From Octopus vulgaris (Eukaryota), in NCBI GenBank assembly GCA_951406725.2, contig OX597831.1:34410001-34474000 (forward strand): a stretch of 64,000 nucleotides of DNA. The letters run 5' to 3'. Of the stretch, positions 26,670 through 40,879 are shown piece by piece; within the stretch, counting starts at the first letter, position 1; each line of letters begins with the position of its first letter. Both the position numbers and the translations under genes were made by a program. The notes under the pieces are model-generated. The model searched no databases. It was not told where the DNA came from and worked only from the letters and a program-made list of their open reading frames with translations.

Positions 26670-27082
26670 TATTCTTTTATTCCCTTAATCTTTTATTTGT
26701 TTCAGTCGTTTGACTGCGGCCATGCTGGAGCACGACCTTTTTAGTCGAGCAAATCGACCGCAGGACTTATTCTTTGTAAGACTAGTACTTATTCTATCAG
26801 TCTCTTTTTGCCGAACCGCCAAGTTATGGGGATGTAAACACCAGTATCGGATGTCAAGCGATGTTGGCGGGGACAAACACAGACACACAGACACACATAC
26901 ACACATATACATACATACACACATATATATATACATATAAACGACGGGCTTCTTTTCAGTTTCCATCTATCAAATCCACTCACAAGGCTTTGGTCGGCCT
27001 GAGGCTATAGTAGAAGACCCTTGCCCAAGGTGCCACGCAGTGGGACTGAACCCTGAACCATGTGGTTGGTAAGCAAGCTACT
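26670..27082 (-). mobile_element. SINE family A, near full length
   Basis: Close match to the reverse complement of the 34437 copy. Confidence 0.93.
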
Positions 27083-28115
27083 TTATTTCATTAAATTTGT
27101 CATGAAGACAGTACATAGACTGGGTAGCTTTGCGGGCTGGACTGACACATTAATGAATGAAAATGAAATAAATGAATAAATGAGAGACGAAACCCAACAC
27201 CCGCCGATTGGATTTTTCTCGAAAACATATTTTCTTTTTTTAAAAAATCAGTATGAGGTTTCAAACCTCTTACAAGAAGGAGGCACTAAAACCTCTTCCT
27301 ATCCGTGTAATATATCTGCTAATCCGTTGACAGTTAATGGATTGGCATATTTGTTATTGATCCCGAAATTATGAAACGCAAAGTTGACCTCAGTGGGATT
27401 CGAAATCGCAGAGGGAGCAGATAAATTGAAAAAGTCCCATGAAGCATTCTGTATAATGCACCAATAGAAGAGGCCGTAATACTCAAAGTACTGCTTCAGT
27501 GCTAGATGAAAGATATATATATATATATATCCTTCGAAACGTAGATTAGATGAAACCATAGCGACTGAAGAAGGGGTTTTTTCTTTATGTTAATTGTCCT
27601 GTACTCTATTTTTTTGTTGTTTTAAAAAAATGTCCAGTTCCTTTGGTTTGTGTCTATGTTTTCGTTTTTCATTGTGTTCGACGTCCTTTTGGTGTCCTGT
27701 ACTCATATATGCGTGTATACGTACATGTAGAGGTAGGTACGTACATATATGTTTATATATATGCATATGTTTTATTTTATTTATTAATATATATATATAT
27801 ATATATATTTCCAGAAGGAATACAGCAACACAATCAGCACATATGTGCTCATAGTCAATACTGGCTACCAATGACGTGCAAATACGCAGAAATCACGTGA
27901 TTGGTTTGACCTGCTTCTGATACCTCTTTGCTTGTGAGCCCTATACGTCTATACGAGATGCCTCTCAAAACGAATACCGCAGTATTGTGGCTTTGTTCTA
28001 TTATATCCACGTTAAATAAGGTATACAGTTTGCTTCTCTGTACTAATACTACTTCCTTCGCAAATGAATTTTAACTTTAAATGTGTCTATGCAAATGTAT
28101 CTATCTATCTATCTA

Positions 28116-28149
<34 letters not shown>

Positions 28150-28150
<1 letters not shown>

Positions 28151-28330
28151 TTCAGTTTTATCTCCTGATGAAATATATTAAATATATGATTACACGAATA
28201 ATGATGCTAGTTGAAACAGCTGTAGAACAGACTTGGTGTATCAGTCGAAAGATATTTTAGTCTTTTTGTAGTGTTTTGCGTATGTTATTCTGGACAACGT
28301 TTTTACTAAATTCTATTTATATGAAAATGA
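28150..28330 (+). mobile_element. PLE-type terminus with hammerhead-like core
   Basis: CTGATGA at 28165 and GAAAcagctgTA at 28213. Confidence 0.55.
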
Positions 28331-28715
28331 ATTCCACTTATAAATATTGCATTGAAATAATCTGCTGGCATTTAACAATATGCTAATATTTAAGCTTCTT
28401 CAGTATATTGGATATATTTAATGATGTTTAAAATCTCGTCGGACATATTGCTGTTCATATTTATCTAGCTAGTTAGTTATTCATATACATATACATATAT
28501 GAAGTTCAAAGTTCACTACTTCGCTGCAAAGTGCTTCCTCGTTTACACCACGTATATTCTGAAAGACATTTTGAAGACTGGGTGAAGATCCATCTTTGAG
28601 TCAAGAAATTCTACTGAGAGCGCTGAATGCATTTCTCCCGTTTATATATGTGGACATTTTTATCTCCTTTCACCTCTTTCTTTCATTCTTTCTCTCTCTC
28701 TCTCTTTTTCATTTG

Positions 28716-28794
<79 letters not shown>

Positions 28795-29598
28795 TATTAT
28801 CCACATGCATGTTTTTGTAGATGCGAGAAATAACTGTCCTCAATGCAATAAGCCGATTACGTATTTTATACATGTCTACTGTAAACTGAAATAATACCTT
28901 TCTTGTTAATAATATTCGACATTTCTATGAAATACCAGCCAGTCAGATCACCAGTCAGGCGGGAATGCACAGTGCTTAAATGGCTGAAACCTCGATGCTG
29001 TCTGGTGGTGGCCTACTGATAATGTTCTAGTAGACAACGAGAAACTTCGTTGTTTGCGTGGATATATGTCTGCGTGTGTGTGTTTATTTGTTTGTATGTG
29101 TGTGACTATATGTTCTATTATCTATAGTAATACCCAAACAAAAGGTCTTTGTTCGCTGATATACTAAAGTTGAAATAAAGATGAAATAAATAAATGCCAA
29201 CTAGACAAGTCGTGACATTCTTATATATATATATATAATGCATTATATTTATCATTGAAAATGCTATAACTCAACTACATATAGCATAATCTTTAGACTG
29301 CAAAAAATATTGCCTGGGGAACGACTGTCGAATCTTCAGGCAAGTCATCAACCGTTTACCTATCACCCACAAAAATGAAGAAAAAGCATTATTAGAATAG
29401 AAAATGTATTATTGTGATGTCGTCTCGTGTTTTTACCATCATAGGTAATTTCATTGGTATAAGATCTTATATGAGAATGTCACGAGAGATATTGTTAATA
29501 CAAAGAATTTGTCGTTAGGATTATAAAATGAATGACTTTTGCTGAGCTGCAACGAAATCATTGTATGGCGTTGTTGGCTCAAATATGCACAGACATAC

Positions 29599-29650
<52 letters not shown>

Positions 29651-29820
29651 GCGTTCATGCTTGTGTGTGCGTGTGTATATATATGTATATATATATATAT
29701 AAAAACACAAATGTATTATATATATGGAGGGGTGAGTGGATATATATATATATATATGTGTGTGTTTTTCTGTATGTAGGTATGTATGTATGTATGTATA
29801 TACGAATGTATGTATGTCTC

Positions 29821-30865
29821 TTCTATTTTTTAATTATTATAAATCTCCCACTGAGGAGGGAGCCGGTTTCCAACAAAGATACAAGGCTCCATCTTTGGGA
29901 CGTAGTTAACAGTGACAAATTCACATTTGGAACTTGAGAAAAGTCTTTCCTATTTTTACTGTTCCACTCACAGATTGCACTTGTAATGTATGAATTAAAC
30001 CAGTTGATTTCTCTTTCTGAAAATTCCAGTTTACCCAGATTCTCTTTTAAGCATTTACTAACAAAATCTAGTGTTCCAATTATTATTGGTATGAATATGA
30101 ACTCATAGTCTGGATATAGAGGCTGGAGGTTTCGAAGTAGTTGTCCATAGATATTCTCTTTTTCTTTGATTTACAATAAGATATTTATATCTGCAGGGCA
30201 GCTGGCCTCTATGACGGTGCATACCTTTGCCCTAGACAACAATATCCGGCCTGTTATGTTTACATTTGACAGAAGTTTTGATGAGAATATTCCACCAGTA
30301 TTCCTTGAGTTGGTGTTTATGAATATATTCCACCAGAGAGGGATTTTCTAAGTTTATTTCAGGACAGTCTTTTTTGCGGATGGCATTGTAAAAAGCGACA
30401 ACATCGTGCCACACAGGGAGGTAGTACCGGGACGACATTTTAGGACAGCTGCTAATCACATGCGTGATGTCTTCCACAGAAATATGACATAGCCTACACA
30501 TGCGGTTGCACCTTGAGATTACAAGAGCTTCGCTGTTTCTCTCTTGTTCACCAGGTACTTTGTGGCAACCTCCTGTTCCTGAATTGCAAACGCATAGCCT
30601 TCAAACTGTGATGTGATGTAGTGGTCTTGTGCCCAAGAGAGGCTCCACTTCGTGTCAGTTCTACTGTCTTCTTCGGGCTTCCGGTCAACAAACCTATGCA
30701 TAGTATATTTTTTGCATGCTGAGTGCTTTCCATCCTGGTCTTCTTTGCGGTAGGAGAGCTCAGCTGTTTTAGGGCTGTATAGGAGATAATCAAGAATAGA
30801 ATGCTTCTTGAGGAGTTCGATGCCAACTAGTACAATGTCGCTCACTTCACTTTTCAGCACCGCAT
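29821..30865 (-). mobile_element. 5'-truncated R4/Dong-clade non-LTR retrotransposon (CCHC finger + restriction-like endonuclease)
   Basis: EGYAFAIQEQEVATKYL, CRLCHISVEDITHVISSC, YYLPVWHDVVA, EYWWN...KHNRPDIVV; 3' end abuts (ACAT)n. Confidence 0.92.
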
Positions 30866-30885
30866 TTATATATTTGTATATATGG

Positions 30886-31195
30886 GTACAGGACGTCACA
30901 AACCGTAAATAACGTGAAATGCGGGAACAAATGAGTCGAGTACGCAAACAACAAGAGAAATAAATGGAAAATAGGACAAGTAACATAAAGAACGACCCTT
31001 CATCATTTGTCGGCTGTCTATCTACTCCTCATCTCAAGCATTGAACGACAGTGGAGTAGATGGACAGCCGACAACTGATGAAGGGTCGTTCTTTATGTTA
31101 CTTGTCCTGTTTTCCATTTGTTTCTCTCGTCGTTTGCTTACTCAACTCATTTGTTTTCGTATTTCATGTTGTTTACGGTTCGTGACGTCCTGTAC
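30886..31195. mobile_element. Foldback element, about 143-bp arms with 24-nt loop
   Basis: gtacaggacgtcac...tctactcc / ggagtaga...gtgacgtcctgtac; family members at 5811, 25943 (cut by the gap) and 27560-27702. Confidence 0.9.
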
Positions 31196-31240
31196 TCATC
31201 CATGTGTGTGTATGTATGCTCATATAAGTGTGTGTATATA

Positions 31241-31358
<118 letters not shown>

Positions 31359-31384
31359 AAATCAATCACTAAGCTGACAGCCTG

Positions 31385-31760
31385 AGACAAGATGGATTCC
31401 GAATTAATCGTGACGGGACTAAATGCATGATTGCAAATAAGACACAGCCAACGCTAGGCATCTAGACACAAGGAATACTACATGAGACATCAATAAAACA
31501 AGTGACAGGCTTTGTGTATATAGGTCACAGTCTGTCAGCTTCAAAGCAATAACGAAAATGTAGCCGACGTCAAAATTGTATCGAAAGTTGCCGTTCTCTT
31601 TCGCTTCACAAAAATCACTTTTTGAAACAAATCGAATAAGCAGCTAAAAGTCAAAACTGGGTTATGAATATATGAGCCTGACATGTTAGATTCGTTTGAC
31701 GCAGCTACGAAGTACTAAATTGCTTGGAACGGACTCAGACTATTATTAAATATAACAAAA
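31385..31760 (+). mobile_element. Degraded LINE RT C-terminal fragment
   Basis: Manual translation GFRINRDGTKCMIANK...IKQVTGFVYIGHSLS resembles the GLxINxxKTKxM...FxYLG motifs. Confidence 0.6.
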
Positions 31761-31815
31761 GCAACAAAAGTCAAATGGATGTACACTGAAGATATATATA
31801 TATATATATATATTC

Positions 31816-32217
31816 ACGCAGGAGTGGCTGTGTGGTAAGTAGCTTGCTTACCAACCGCATGGTTTCGGGTTCAGTCCCACTGCGTGGCACCTTGGGCAAG
31901 TGTCTTCTACTATAGCCTCGGGCCGGCCAAAACCTTGTGAGTGGATTTGGTAGACGGAAACTGAAAGAAGCCCGTTGTATATATATATATGTGTGTGTGT
32001 TTGTGTGTGTGTGTTTGTGTGTCAGTGTTTGCTCCCCCAACTTCGCTTAACAACCGATGCTGGTGTGTTTATGTCCCCGTAACTTAGCGGTTCGGCAAAA
32101 GTATCCGATAGAATAACTACTAGGCTTACAAAGAATAAGTCAATTTGCTCGACTAAAACGGTGCTCCAGCATGGCCGCATTCAAATGACTGAAACAAGTA
32201 AAAGAGTAAAAGAGAAT
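31816..32217 (+). mobile_element. SINE family A, full length
   Basis: gcaggagtggctgtgtggtaagtagc...gaaacaagtaaaagagtaaaagag. Confidence 0.95.
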
Positions 32218-32397
32218 AAATTAGTTTGGCGCTCGTTGAAACATCTTTGCAGATACATAATACATCTATGTACACACACACGCATGTATAGGAACAATAA
32301 GGTGTATTAGTTTAACGCTCGGGAAAAATAGAAAAGTCGTTTACGTTTCGAGCCGACGCTCTTCGACAGAGACGCGTGTGTATATATATGTGTGTCT

Positions 32398-32572
32398 TTT
32401 ATCTTTACCTTGTTTCAGGCATTGGATTGCAGCCATGCTGGAGCATTGTCTTGTAGGGTTTAGTCGAATCGACTAAAAACCCTTGTACTTATTCTATCAG
32501 TCTCTTTTACACAGGCACTATGTTGCAGTAACGTAAACAGGTTGTTAATCGGTGGTGGATGACAAACACAAA

Positions 32573-32600
<28 letters not shown>
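32398..32600 (-). mobile_element. SINE family A, diverged 3' half
   Basis: gattgcagccatgctggagca...tacttattctatcagtctctttt. Confidence 0.75.
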
Positions 32601-32616
<16 letters not shown>

Positions 32617-33487
32617 TATATATATTTGTGTATTAAGGTTACTATTAGTTTCATGTCAAGAAAAGTATCTTAATATCTTAATGATTTTTCAAGCCGATCA
32701 AAAGGAGGAAAGGTGTCCGTTTTTATTTGGATGTAAACACGAAAGATCCAACATATGATCAGCTTGAAAAATTGCTAAGATATTAGAATAGTTTTTTTAA
32801 ACATGAAACCAATGGTAGCCTTCATACACAAATAAATAAATTTTTTCTATCAATGCGGTGTTGAGCACTCATTCTCACTGTTCGACATTGGCGTATGCAT
32901 GTGTGTGTGTGCGTGTGTGCGTGTGTGTGCGCGTGTGTGTGTGTATGTGTGTGTGTGAGTTTGTGTGTGTGTGTGTGTGTACATACGATAGGATTTTTTG
33001 TTTCCGTCTACCAAATCCACCCACATGGTTTCAGTCGGCTGTGTAATAGTGTTGAAGACAGTTATATGTGTGCGCGTGTGTGTGTGTGTGTCTGTCTGTG
33101 TATGTGTGTGTGTGTGTACTGTGACTGTCGACTCGCTACCGAATATGACCAACTTTTCGTCAAGAATTACAGAAGTCGTGTCTCCCTGTTTGGGACTTTC
33201 ACTATGACAAAGAGAAAAAGTTAGGCGTATGAAGTTGTGCTTCTTATATAGTATTTATATGGGGGGTTTTTTCCAGGGAAACTATGGCTGCTTCTCTACA
33301 TTCAACTACGAGTTTTCGGCTTGTAAAGAAGAATCAATAAGATTTGGAGCAAGTATACAAACGAAAGAAAGGAAAATCATTCTATACAGTGCGTAAAGTT
33401 CAGATTCGTAGGTGAAAAGCTGTTGACTTAAGCGTTCAATACTTGAAGTTTCCCAGACACGTGAAACATATTTTCATTGGTTTAGTT

Positions 33488-33701
33488 CAGTGGCTCCCAA
33501 CCGGGGTTCATATGGACATTGGGGGTGACTAAGAACTTGTTAAAATTTTTGTGCAATGAATTGCTTATACGTTTACAATACACGAAATATTAAATTTTCA
33601 ATATAATTCATAGGAATATATTATTACAAACATACAGTAAGATTTGTTTTATATGCAGTGAAAGGCTCTGGTCCATAGGCACAAATGGTTGAGAAACACT
33701 A
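33488..33701. mobile_element. hAT-type MITE
   Basis: Imperfect TIRs cagtggctcccaacc / ggttgagaaacacta; no clean 8-bp TSD seen. Confidence 0.6.
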
Positions 33702-34436
33702 AATGTTTGCCATAAGGGAATTTTACTTATGCAACGTGAAAGGCTGTTCACATCATATGAATGGGTATTGTTTGCAGGCTATTGTTGCGAAGTAATCCAT
33801 AGAGCTTTAGAATGTAAAGGAGGCAAGAAACAAAGATTAAATTTCGTTAACAAGTATGGATGGATCTATTTAAATAAACACATTAGTTTTGAAGCAGAAT
33901 ATTTTCACGACATCAGATTTTTCTCATTACTCAATTTTCCTCTCATAATCACAGACAAAGGCCCTGGTAATACTAACGGGCAAAACCAGAGGTCTATTTG
34001 TGCAGATCAGCCGTACCGGATGTATGACTGCCTGCATACAAAATGAAACATTACGTATACACAACAGATGCAGCTAAGCAGGTAACAAAGCTGTCAAAAG
34101 CAAGAAGTTCCAAAGATTGCTAATAAATAACAGCTACCCAACATTGTTTACCAGAAAATAAATTCACATATAACACAAAAGAAGATTCATGGTGCACGCC
34201 TCCGACAAGTCTTGCATTTTTAAGGACGCCCCACTTTAACGGGCGAATAACTGCCGCAACCCTCCAAGTTTTCCATCAGAAGGAATCGAATATAGATCTA
34301 ATACATTTTGAATTTCTCCCGAAGAAATATTTTCTGGTAGACGTATCACCACAAACAGTAACAATGTTTGCAAGATAGCCAACAGCCTCCACCATCCTAC
34401 TTTGTGGGCATGCATTTACGGAACTAAATAGTTGAT

Positions 34437-34602
34437 AGGCGCAGGAGTGGCTGTGTGGTAAGTAGCTTGCTAACCAACCACATGGTTCCGGGTTCAGTCC
34501 CACTGCGTGGCATCTTGGGCAAGTGTCTTCTGCTATAGCCCCAGGCCGACCAATGCCTTGTGAGTGGATTTGGTAGACGGAAACTGAAAGAAGACCGTCG
34601 TA

Positions 34603-34648
<46 letters not shown>

Positions 34649-34880
34649 TGTGTGTGTTTGTGTGTGTGCGTTTGTCCCCCTACCATTGCTTGACAACCGA
34701 TGCTGGTGTGTTTACGTCCCCGTCACTTAGCGGTTCGGCAAAAGAGACCGATAGAATAAGTACTGGGCTTACAAAGAATAAGTCCTGGGGTCGATTTGCT
34801 CGACAAAAAGGCGGTGCTCCATCATGGCCGCAGTCAAATGACTGAAACAAGTAAAAGAGTAAAAGAGTAAAGAGTAAAAG
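34437..34880 (+). mobile_element. SINE family A, best-preserved copy
   Basis: tRNA-like head, CORE-like cttgggcaagtgtcttct, internal (TA)n(TG)n, 3' domain and (GAGTAAAA)n tail; resembles described octopus tRNA-derived SINEs, exact family name not verified. Confidence 0.95.
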
Positions 34881-35064
34881 ATTATCATATTAACAACTGA
34901 TTTGATCAAAATTACTCTAATTAACCAATGTTACACGTGCCACAAATCTGCAATGTTAGTGTTGATTTAATCCGTACAAACAGATCTAACTCTTCCTTCG
35001 TTTTCTTGACAAAAGCTTTTCAAGTCCGAAATAGTCTAGTGCAACATTAATACGAAAAATGCAT

Positions 35065-35855
<791 letters not shown>

Positions 35856-36251
35856 GTCTTTGTTTGAATTTTGTCTCCGAACTTGCATTGTAATGAGTTT
35901 TAAAAAAAACAACAAAAAAAGCAATACGAACTAATGATTTTGAAGCAGTAATGGAATCTGGATCGCCATTGTTCCAAATTAATTATAGAAAACTAATGAG
36001 TAAGTATGAAAAATGTTTAATAGAAAACGTTAAATTTGAACTCCTACGTATCTACAACACAAAAACTAGCAAAGAAAAAATTGCTTCCTACATATCTACA
36101 CACACGCATACATACACTCACGCATTAACCAATCCACACACAAACACACACATACCTGTATGCAACATACGCATAAGCACATGTATTTGGGGTAAAGAGG
36201 AAAAACGTCTGACTTTATGTGTATGTGTGCGTGTGTGTGTGTGTGTGCAAG

Positions 36252-36282
<31 letters not shown>

Positions 36283-36438
36283 GTATGTGTGTGTGTTGAT
36301 AAAGCTTCACATGTATGCGATTACTTGTACAGATATATTTGGCCATGTAAGCTTTGTTTTTCTTTCCACAAGTTTGCAAATATGTTAATGTCTATGGATT
36401 TACTACTAAATCAAACAAATATATATCTATATGCATGT

Positions 36439-36491
<53 letters not shown>

Positions 36492-36494
36492 TAG

Positions 36495-36546
<52 letters not shown>

Positions 36547-36707
36547 TACATATATATTATGTATACACTTATACAATTATATGTACATATATATATATAT
36601 ATATATATATTGTATATATATATATGTGCATATATATATATATTTATATGCATATATGTGTATATATATATGTGTGTGTGCGTGTATGTGTGTGTGTATT
36701 ACATATG

Positions 36708-36751
<44 letters not shown>

Positions 36752-36770
36752 TACATATATATATACATAT

Positions 36771-36824
<54 letters not shown>

Positions 36825-37346
36825 AAGCCATGTATATATATATGTATGTATGTATACTTGCATTGTCTAAAAATATTGCTCCAAAGTGTCGCTCCCAGCT
36901 AATACAATTGAAAAGCTTGTATATTCTAGCTTTCTTCATTTGCCAATCATAACAGAAGGCACTAATACGAAGAAAACGTGCAGGTAATATAAATATCGTA
37001 TCTATCTTTACAAATAAGCACACATATCAGCTGAATTAGTCGAAACGAAAGTGACACAGCGCCCGCCGCAAGGGGCGTAAATCAACGTCTTCTGTATAAA
37101 CAACACACTCTCACAAATAGTTTACCGTGAAACGAAATATAAAGCGCATCCATAAAATGAAGTATGCTCATGTGTGTATATGCATACATACATACATACA
37201 TACATACATATGTTTGTGTAAAAAAGTATGTGTGTTATTGCCAATGCATATGTGACTCTATGTCTCTATGTTTGTGTGTATATATATATATATATCTTTG
37301 AGTTTATGTATATATGCATATATATAGAGAGAGAGAGATACACACG

Positions 37347-37407
<61 letters not shown>

Positions 37408-37981
37408 GCATACACATATACATATGTACTACATGTATATATGTACATATGTATGTATTCATATATATATACATACACATTAATATATGAATATATTTAT
37501 ATATAAATAGACTGTCATGTCATGTATCTATGTGTTTGACATCAGTTAAAATGGCGGTTAAGAATGAAAATACTTGTATACGTTTGAAAAAAAATATATT
37601 GTGCTATATATGTAAAATTTTGTATGTGTTAATATATGTGTACCTATATACAAATGTGTGTGTGTCTGTATACATGCATACCAACACTCATATATGCATT
37701 CATATTTACCATTGTGCCACTCACATAAGTCATTTAAAATTACCATACTGTATATTAAACAGTAGTATGTTATGTCAGTACAGATGAATTTGTTAAATTT
37801 GCTAAAACCCTGTACCAAAAGATATCTTCGATATATATGCAAAGTTTTATGTCTCTAATTATTACTTATATTTGAAATTTAATTCTTGAGAGTAAAACAA
37901 GTTTCGCTATAAATATTTTCACACAAATGACCGCCATTTGCATTCTAAGCAAATAGTCACAATAGATATTTGACCGTAGGA

Positions 37982-38200
37982 AGGCGGTGAGGTGGCAGAA
38001 CCTGTCAGCACGCCGGCAAAATGATCAGCGAAATTTCGTCTATCTTTAAGTTCTGAGTTCAAATTCCGTTGAAGTCGACTTTGCCTTTCATCCTTTCGGG
38101 TTCGATAAAATAAGTAAGTACCAGTTAAATAGTGGGTCAGCGAAATCGACTAGCCCCCTCCCCGAAAATTTCAGGCCTTGTGCTTATAGCAGAAAGGATA
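37982..38200 (+). mobile_element. SINE family B with alternative tail
   Basis: Head and core as at 12904; tail agccccctccccgaaaatttcaggccttgtg. Confidence 0.88.
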
Positions 38201-38519
38201 TTTCGCCGTAGAACAAGTTTGGCCTTACTTTATCCCAGGACCTGGCAAACTTCATACATCATGGAATCGTCGATAATTTATCGACCCCCATCATGTAAAT
38301 TTCTAAGATGAAATTAAAAAGTATAAATAAAAACAATCTTTTGCATAAAATACGATAATTCTTTCATTCGTTTGTATCATTACTGCTTTTTAATAATATT
38401 TAAAGAAATCTAATGAAGATATTTAACAAAATTGATAATAAGTAATACTAATATACTCATATTATATTGATTTGGCATGGATATTTAATATGAGATATGT
38501 TTGATGAATACTAGTTATT

Positions 38520-38915
38520 CTCTTTTTTTATTTTTATTTGTTTCAGTCATTTGACTGCGGCCATGCTGGAGCACCATATTTAGTCGAGCAAATCGACACC
38601 AGAACTTATTCTTTGTAAACTTAGTACTTATTCTATCGGTCTCTTTAGCCCAAACGCTAGATTACAGGGACGTAAACACACCAGCGTCGATTGTCAAGCG
38701 ATGGTGGGGGAACAAACACAGGCACACAAACACAGACACACACACACATATACATATATATATATATATACATATATGATGGGCTTCTTTCGGTTTCCAT
38801 CTACCAAATCCATTCACAAGGCTTTGGTTGGCCCGAGGCTATAGTAGAAGACACTTGCCCAAGGTGCCTCGCAGTGGAACTGAACTCGGACCAAGCTACT
38901 TACCACACAGCCACA
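38520..38915 (-). mobile_element. SINE family A
   Basis: Tail through head on minus strand. Confidence 0.9.
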
Positions 38916-39059
38916 TAAATATTTATATCATATATATGTGTGTGTGTGTGAGAGAGAAGCGTGTGAGAGAGCGTGTGTGAGAGAGAGAGTGTGTGTGAGA
39001 GAGAGAGTGTGTGTGTTAGTATGTGTGAAAGAGAGAGTGTGTGTGAAAGAGAGTGTGTG

Positions 39060-39280
39060 TGTGTTTGTGTCTGGGTTTTTCCACCACCGCCGCGTGACAA
39101 CCAGTGTTGGTGTGTTTATATCCCAGTAACTTAGCAGTTCAACAAAAGAAACCGATAGAATAAGTAGGAGGCTTTACGAAACGTAAAAAAATATTGGGGG
39201 TCGACTCGATCATCTAAAATTCTTCAAGGCGGTGCCCCAGCATAACCGCAGTCTAATTATTGAAATAATTAAAAAGAAAG
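39060..39280 (+). mobile_element. SINE family A-related 3' half (older subfamily)
   Basis: gacaaccagtgttggtgtgttta...ccgatagaataagta...caaggcggtgccccagcat. Confidence 0.8.
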
Positions 39281-39761
39281 AATAACTCCGAAAAAAAAAC
39301 AACTAGATTGTTAGCTTAAGAAGTATGTGTGACTGATTAAAGAAGAGTTAATGAAGAAACAGTTATATGTATACGAACGTCTCGCTTCGGTATAGCCATG
39401 TTAATAAACTGATGTTTGAACTCGATATACGTGTTTCAGAATAAAGCGTTAGATAAGTACAGACCGTAATAGGAAATTATATAAATGTCAAAGGAAGAGA
39501 AAAACTTATGCAACGAACTTCATTTTCATACAAAAACAGCTTATATATATACATACATATATATATATATATATGTGGTGACATTATAATATGTGATGTA
39601 AAAGATAAGAAATATTAACGTAATGGTTAACTTAATGGTATTAATAAAATATCAGAAACGGTATTACATGAATAATATGATATTAGCTAAGAAAGAAGTA
39701 TTATTTTGGTCGTATTCCAGAGATAAGAAATCTCATGCTACTTACATACGTATACCCACAT

Positions 39762-39843
<82 letters not shown>

Positions 39844-39904
39844 GTATATTATATTGGTAAAAACGGTAAGATAACGAAAGAAAGAAAGAGACCTCAATAT
39901 TATG

Positions 39905-40473
39905 GGATTATTAGTAAAGAAATTTTCGATTAAATAAATGCGAAAATTAAGACCACTACTAGGCTAGTACAATGGTCCAATAGTATAGAAGTCGTAGACT
40001 GGTTTAAAGCCATTAAGAATAAGAAAAAAGCGAGGTTTACACAATTCGATATTGTTGATTTTTATGCCTCTATCTCTAAAGAACTGCTAGATAAAGCCCT
40101 CGTCTTCGCTAGCGATTCCATAGGAATCAGTACAAATGATAAGGACATTATCTTCCATGCTAGAAAAACCTTACTTTTCAGTAAGAACGCAAAGTGGGTC
40201 AAAAATACCGACACAGAGGGTGCTTTCGATGTGAGCATGGGGTCATATGATGGAGCAGGCATTTGGGATCTTATTGGATTTTTTCTCCTAGATACTTTAG
40301 GTAAGAAATTTCCTGATGTATATTTCGCCATCTACAAATATGATGCCCTCGCCTTAACGTCTAATACAAATGGACCAGCGCAGGATCGTTTTAGGAAGGA
40401 TATTATCCATTTAATGAAATACTTCGGACTTAGTATAACTATAGATACTAACCTGACGGTGATATGTAACTAA
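39905..40473 (+). mobile_element. Penelope-like element reverse transcriptase fragment
   Basis: Open frame QWSNSIEVVDWF...FTQFDIVDFYASIS...IIFHARKTLLF...FDVSMGSYDGA...IYKYDAL (catalytic YRDD degraded)...GLSITIDTNL. Confidence 0.85.
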
Positions 40474-40702
40474 ATTCTGTTTTTAAATGACTTGCTTTGA
40501 AGTTTTGCATGCGGTACAATTTGTTTATTTTAGTCGTTTTGACTGCAAGAGTCCCTCCTAGCGTGCGGTACCTATGAATAATAGTACCCTCTATATAATA
40601 TAAATAAATATTTTCAAAGTGGAAACATTTACAGATTTTTTTTCTCTTACGAGGTTTATCACGCTAACTACTGATAATTTCTTATAAAGATTTTATCCTT
40701 AA

Positions 40703-40753
<51 letters not shown>

Positions 40754-40879
40754 CTACGAATTACTTGAAGTTAACTTTCTTCCAATACTACGATCCCTGG
40801 ATCTTATATATATGTATATATATATGTGTGTGCCTGTGTGTATGGATGGATGGATGGATGGACGGACGGACGGACGGTC

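Noticed and set aside
33840-34330. Possible host exon in unique sequence (also 38225-38300 and 47040-47340)
   Set aside because: No convincing splice pair with a recognisable protein motif; not supportable without RNA or homology data.
34276-34845. Recurring peptides such as DGLLSVSVYQIHSQG and RRHLPKVPRSGTEP suggesting a gene family
   Set aside because: They are translations of SINE A copies.
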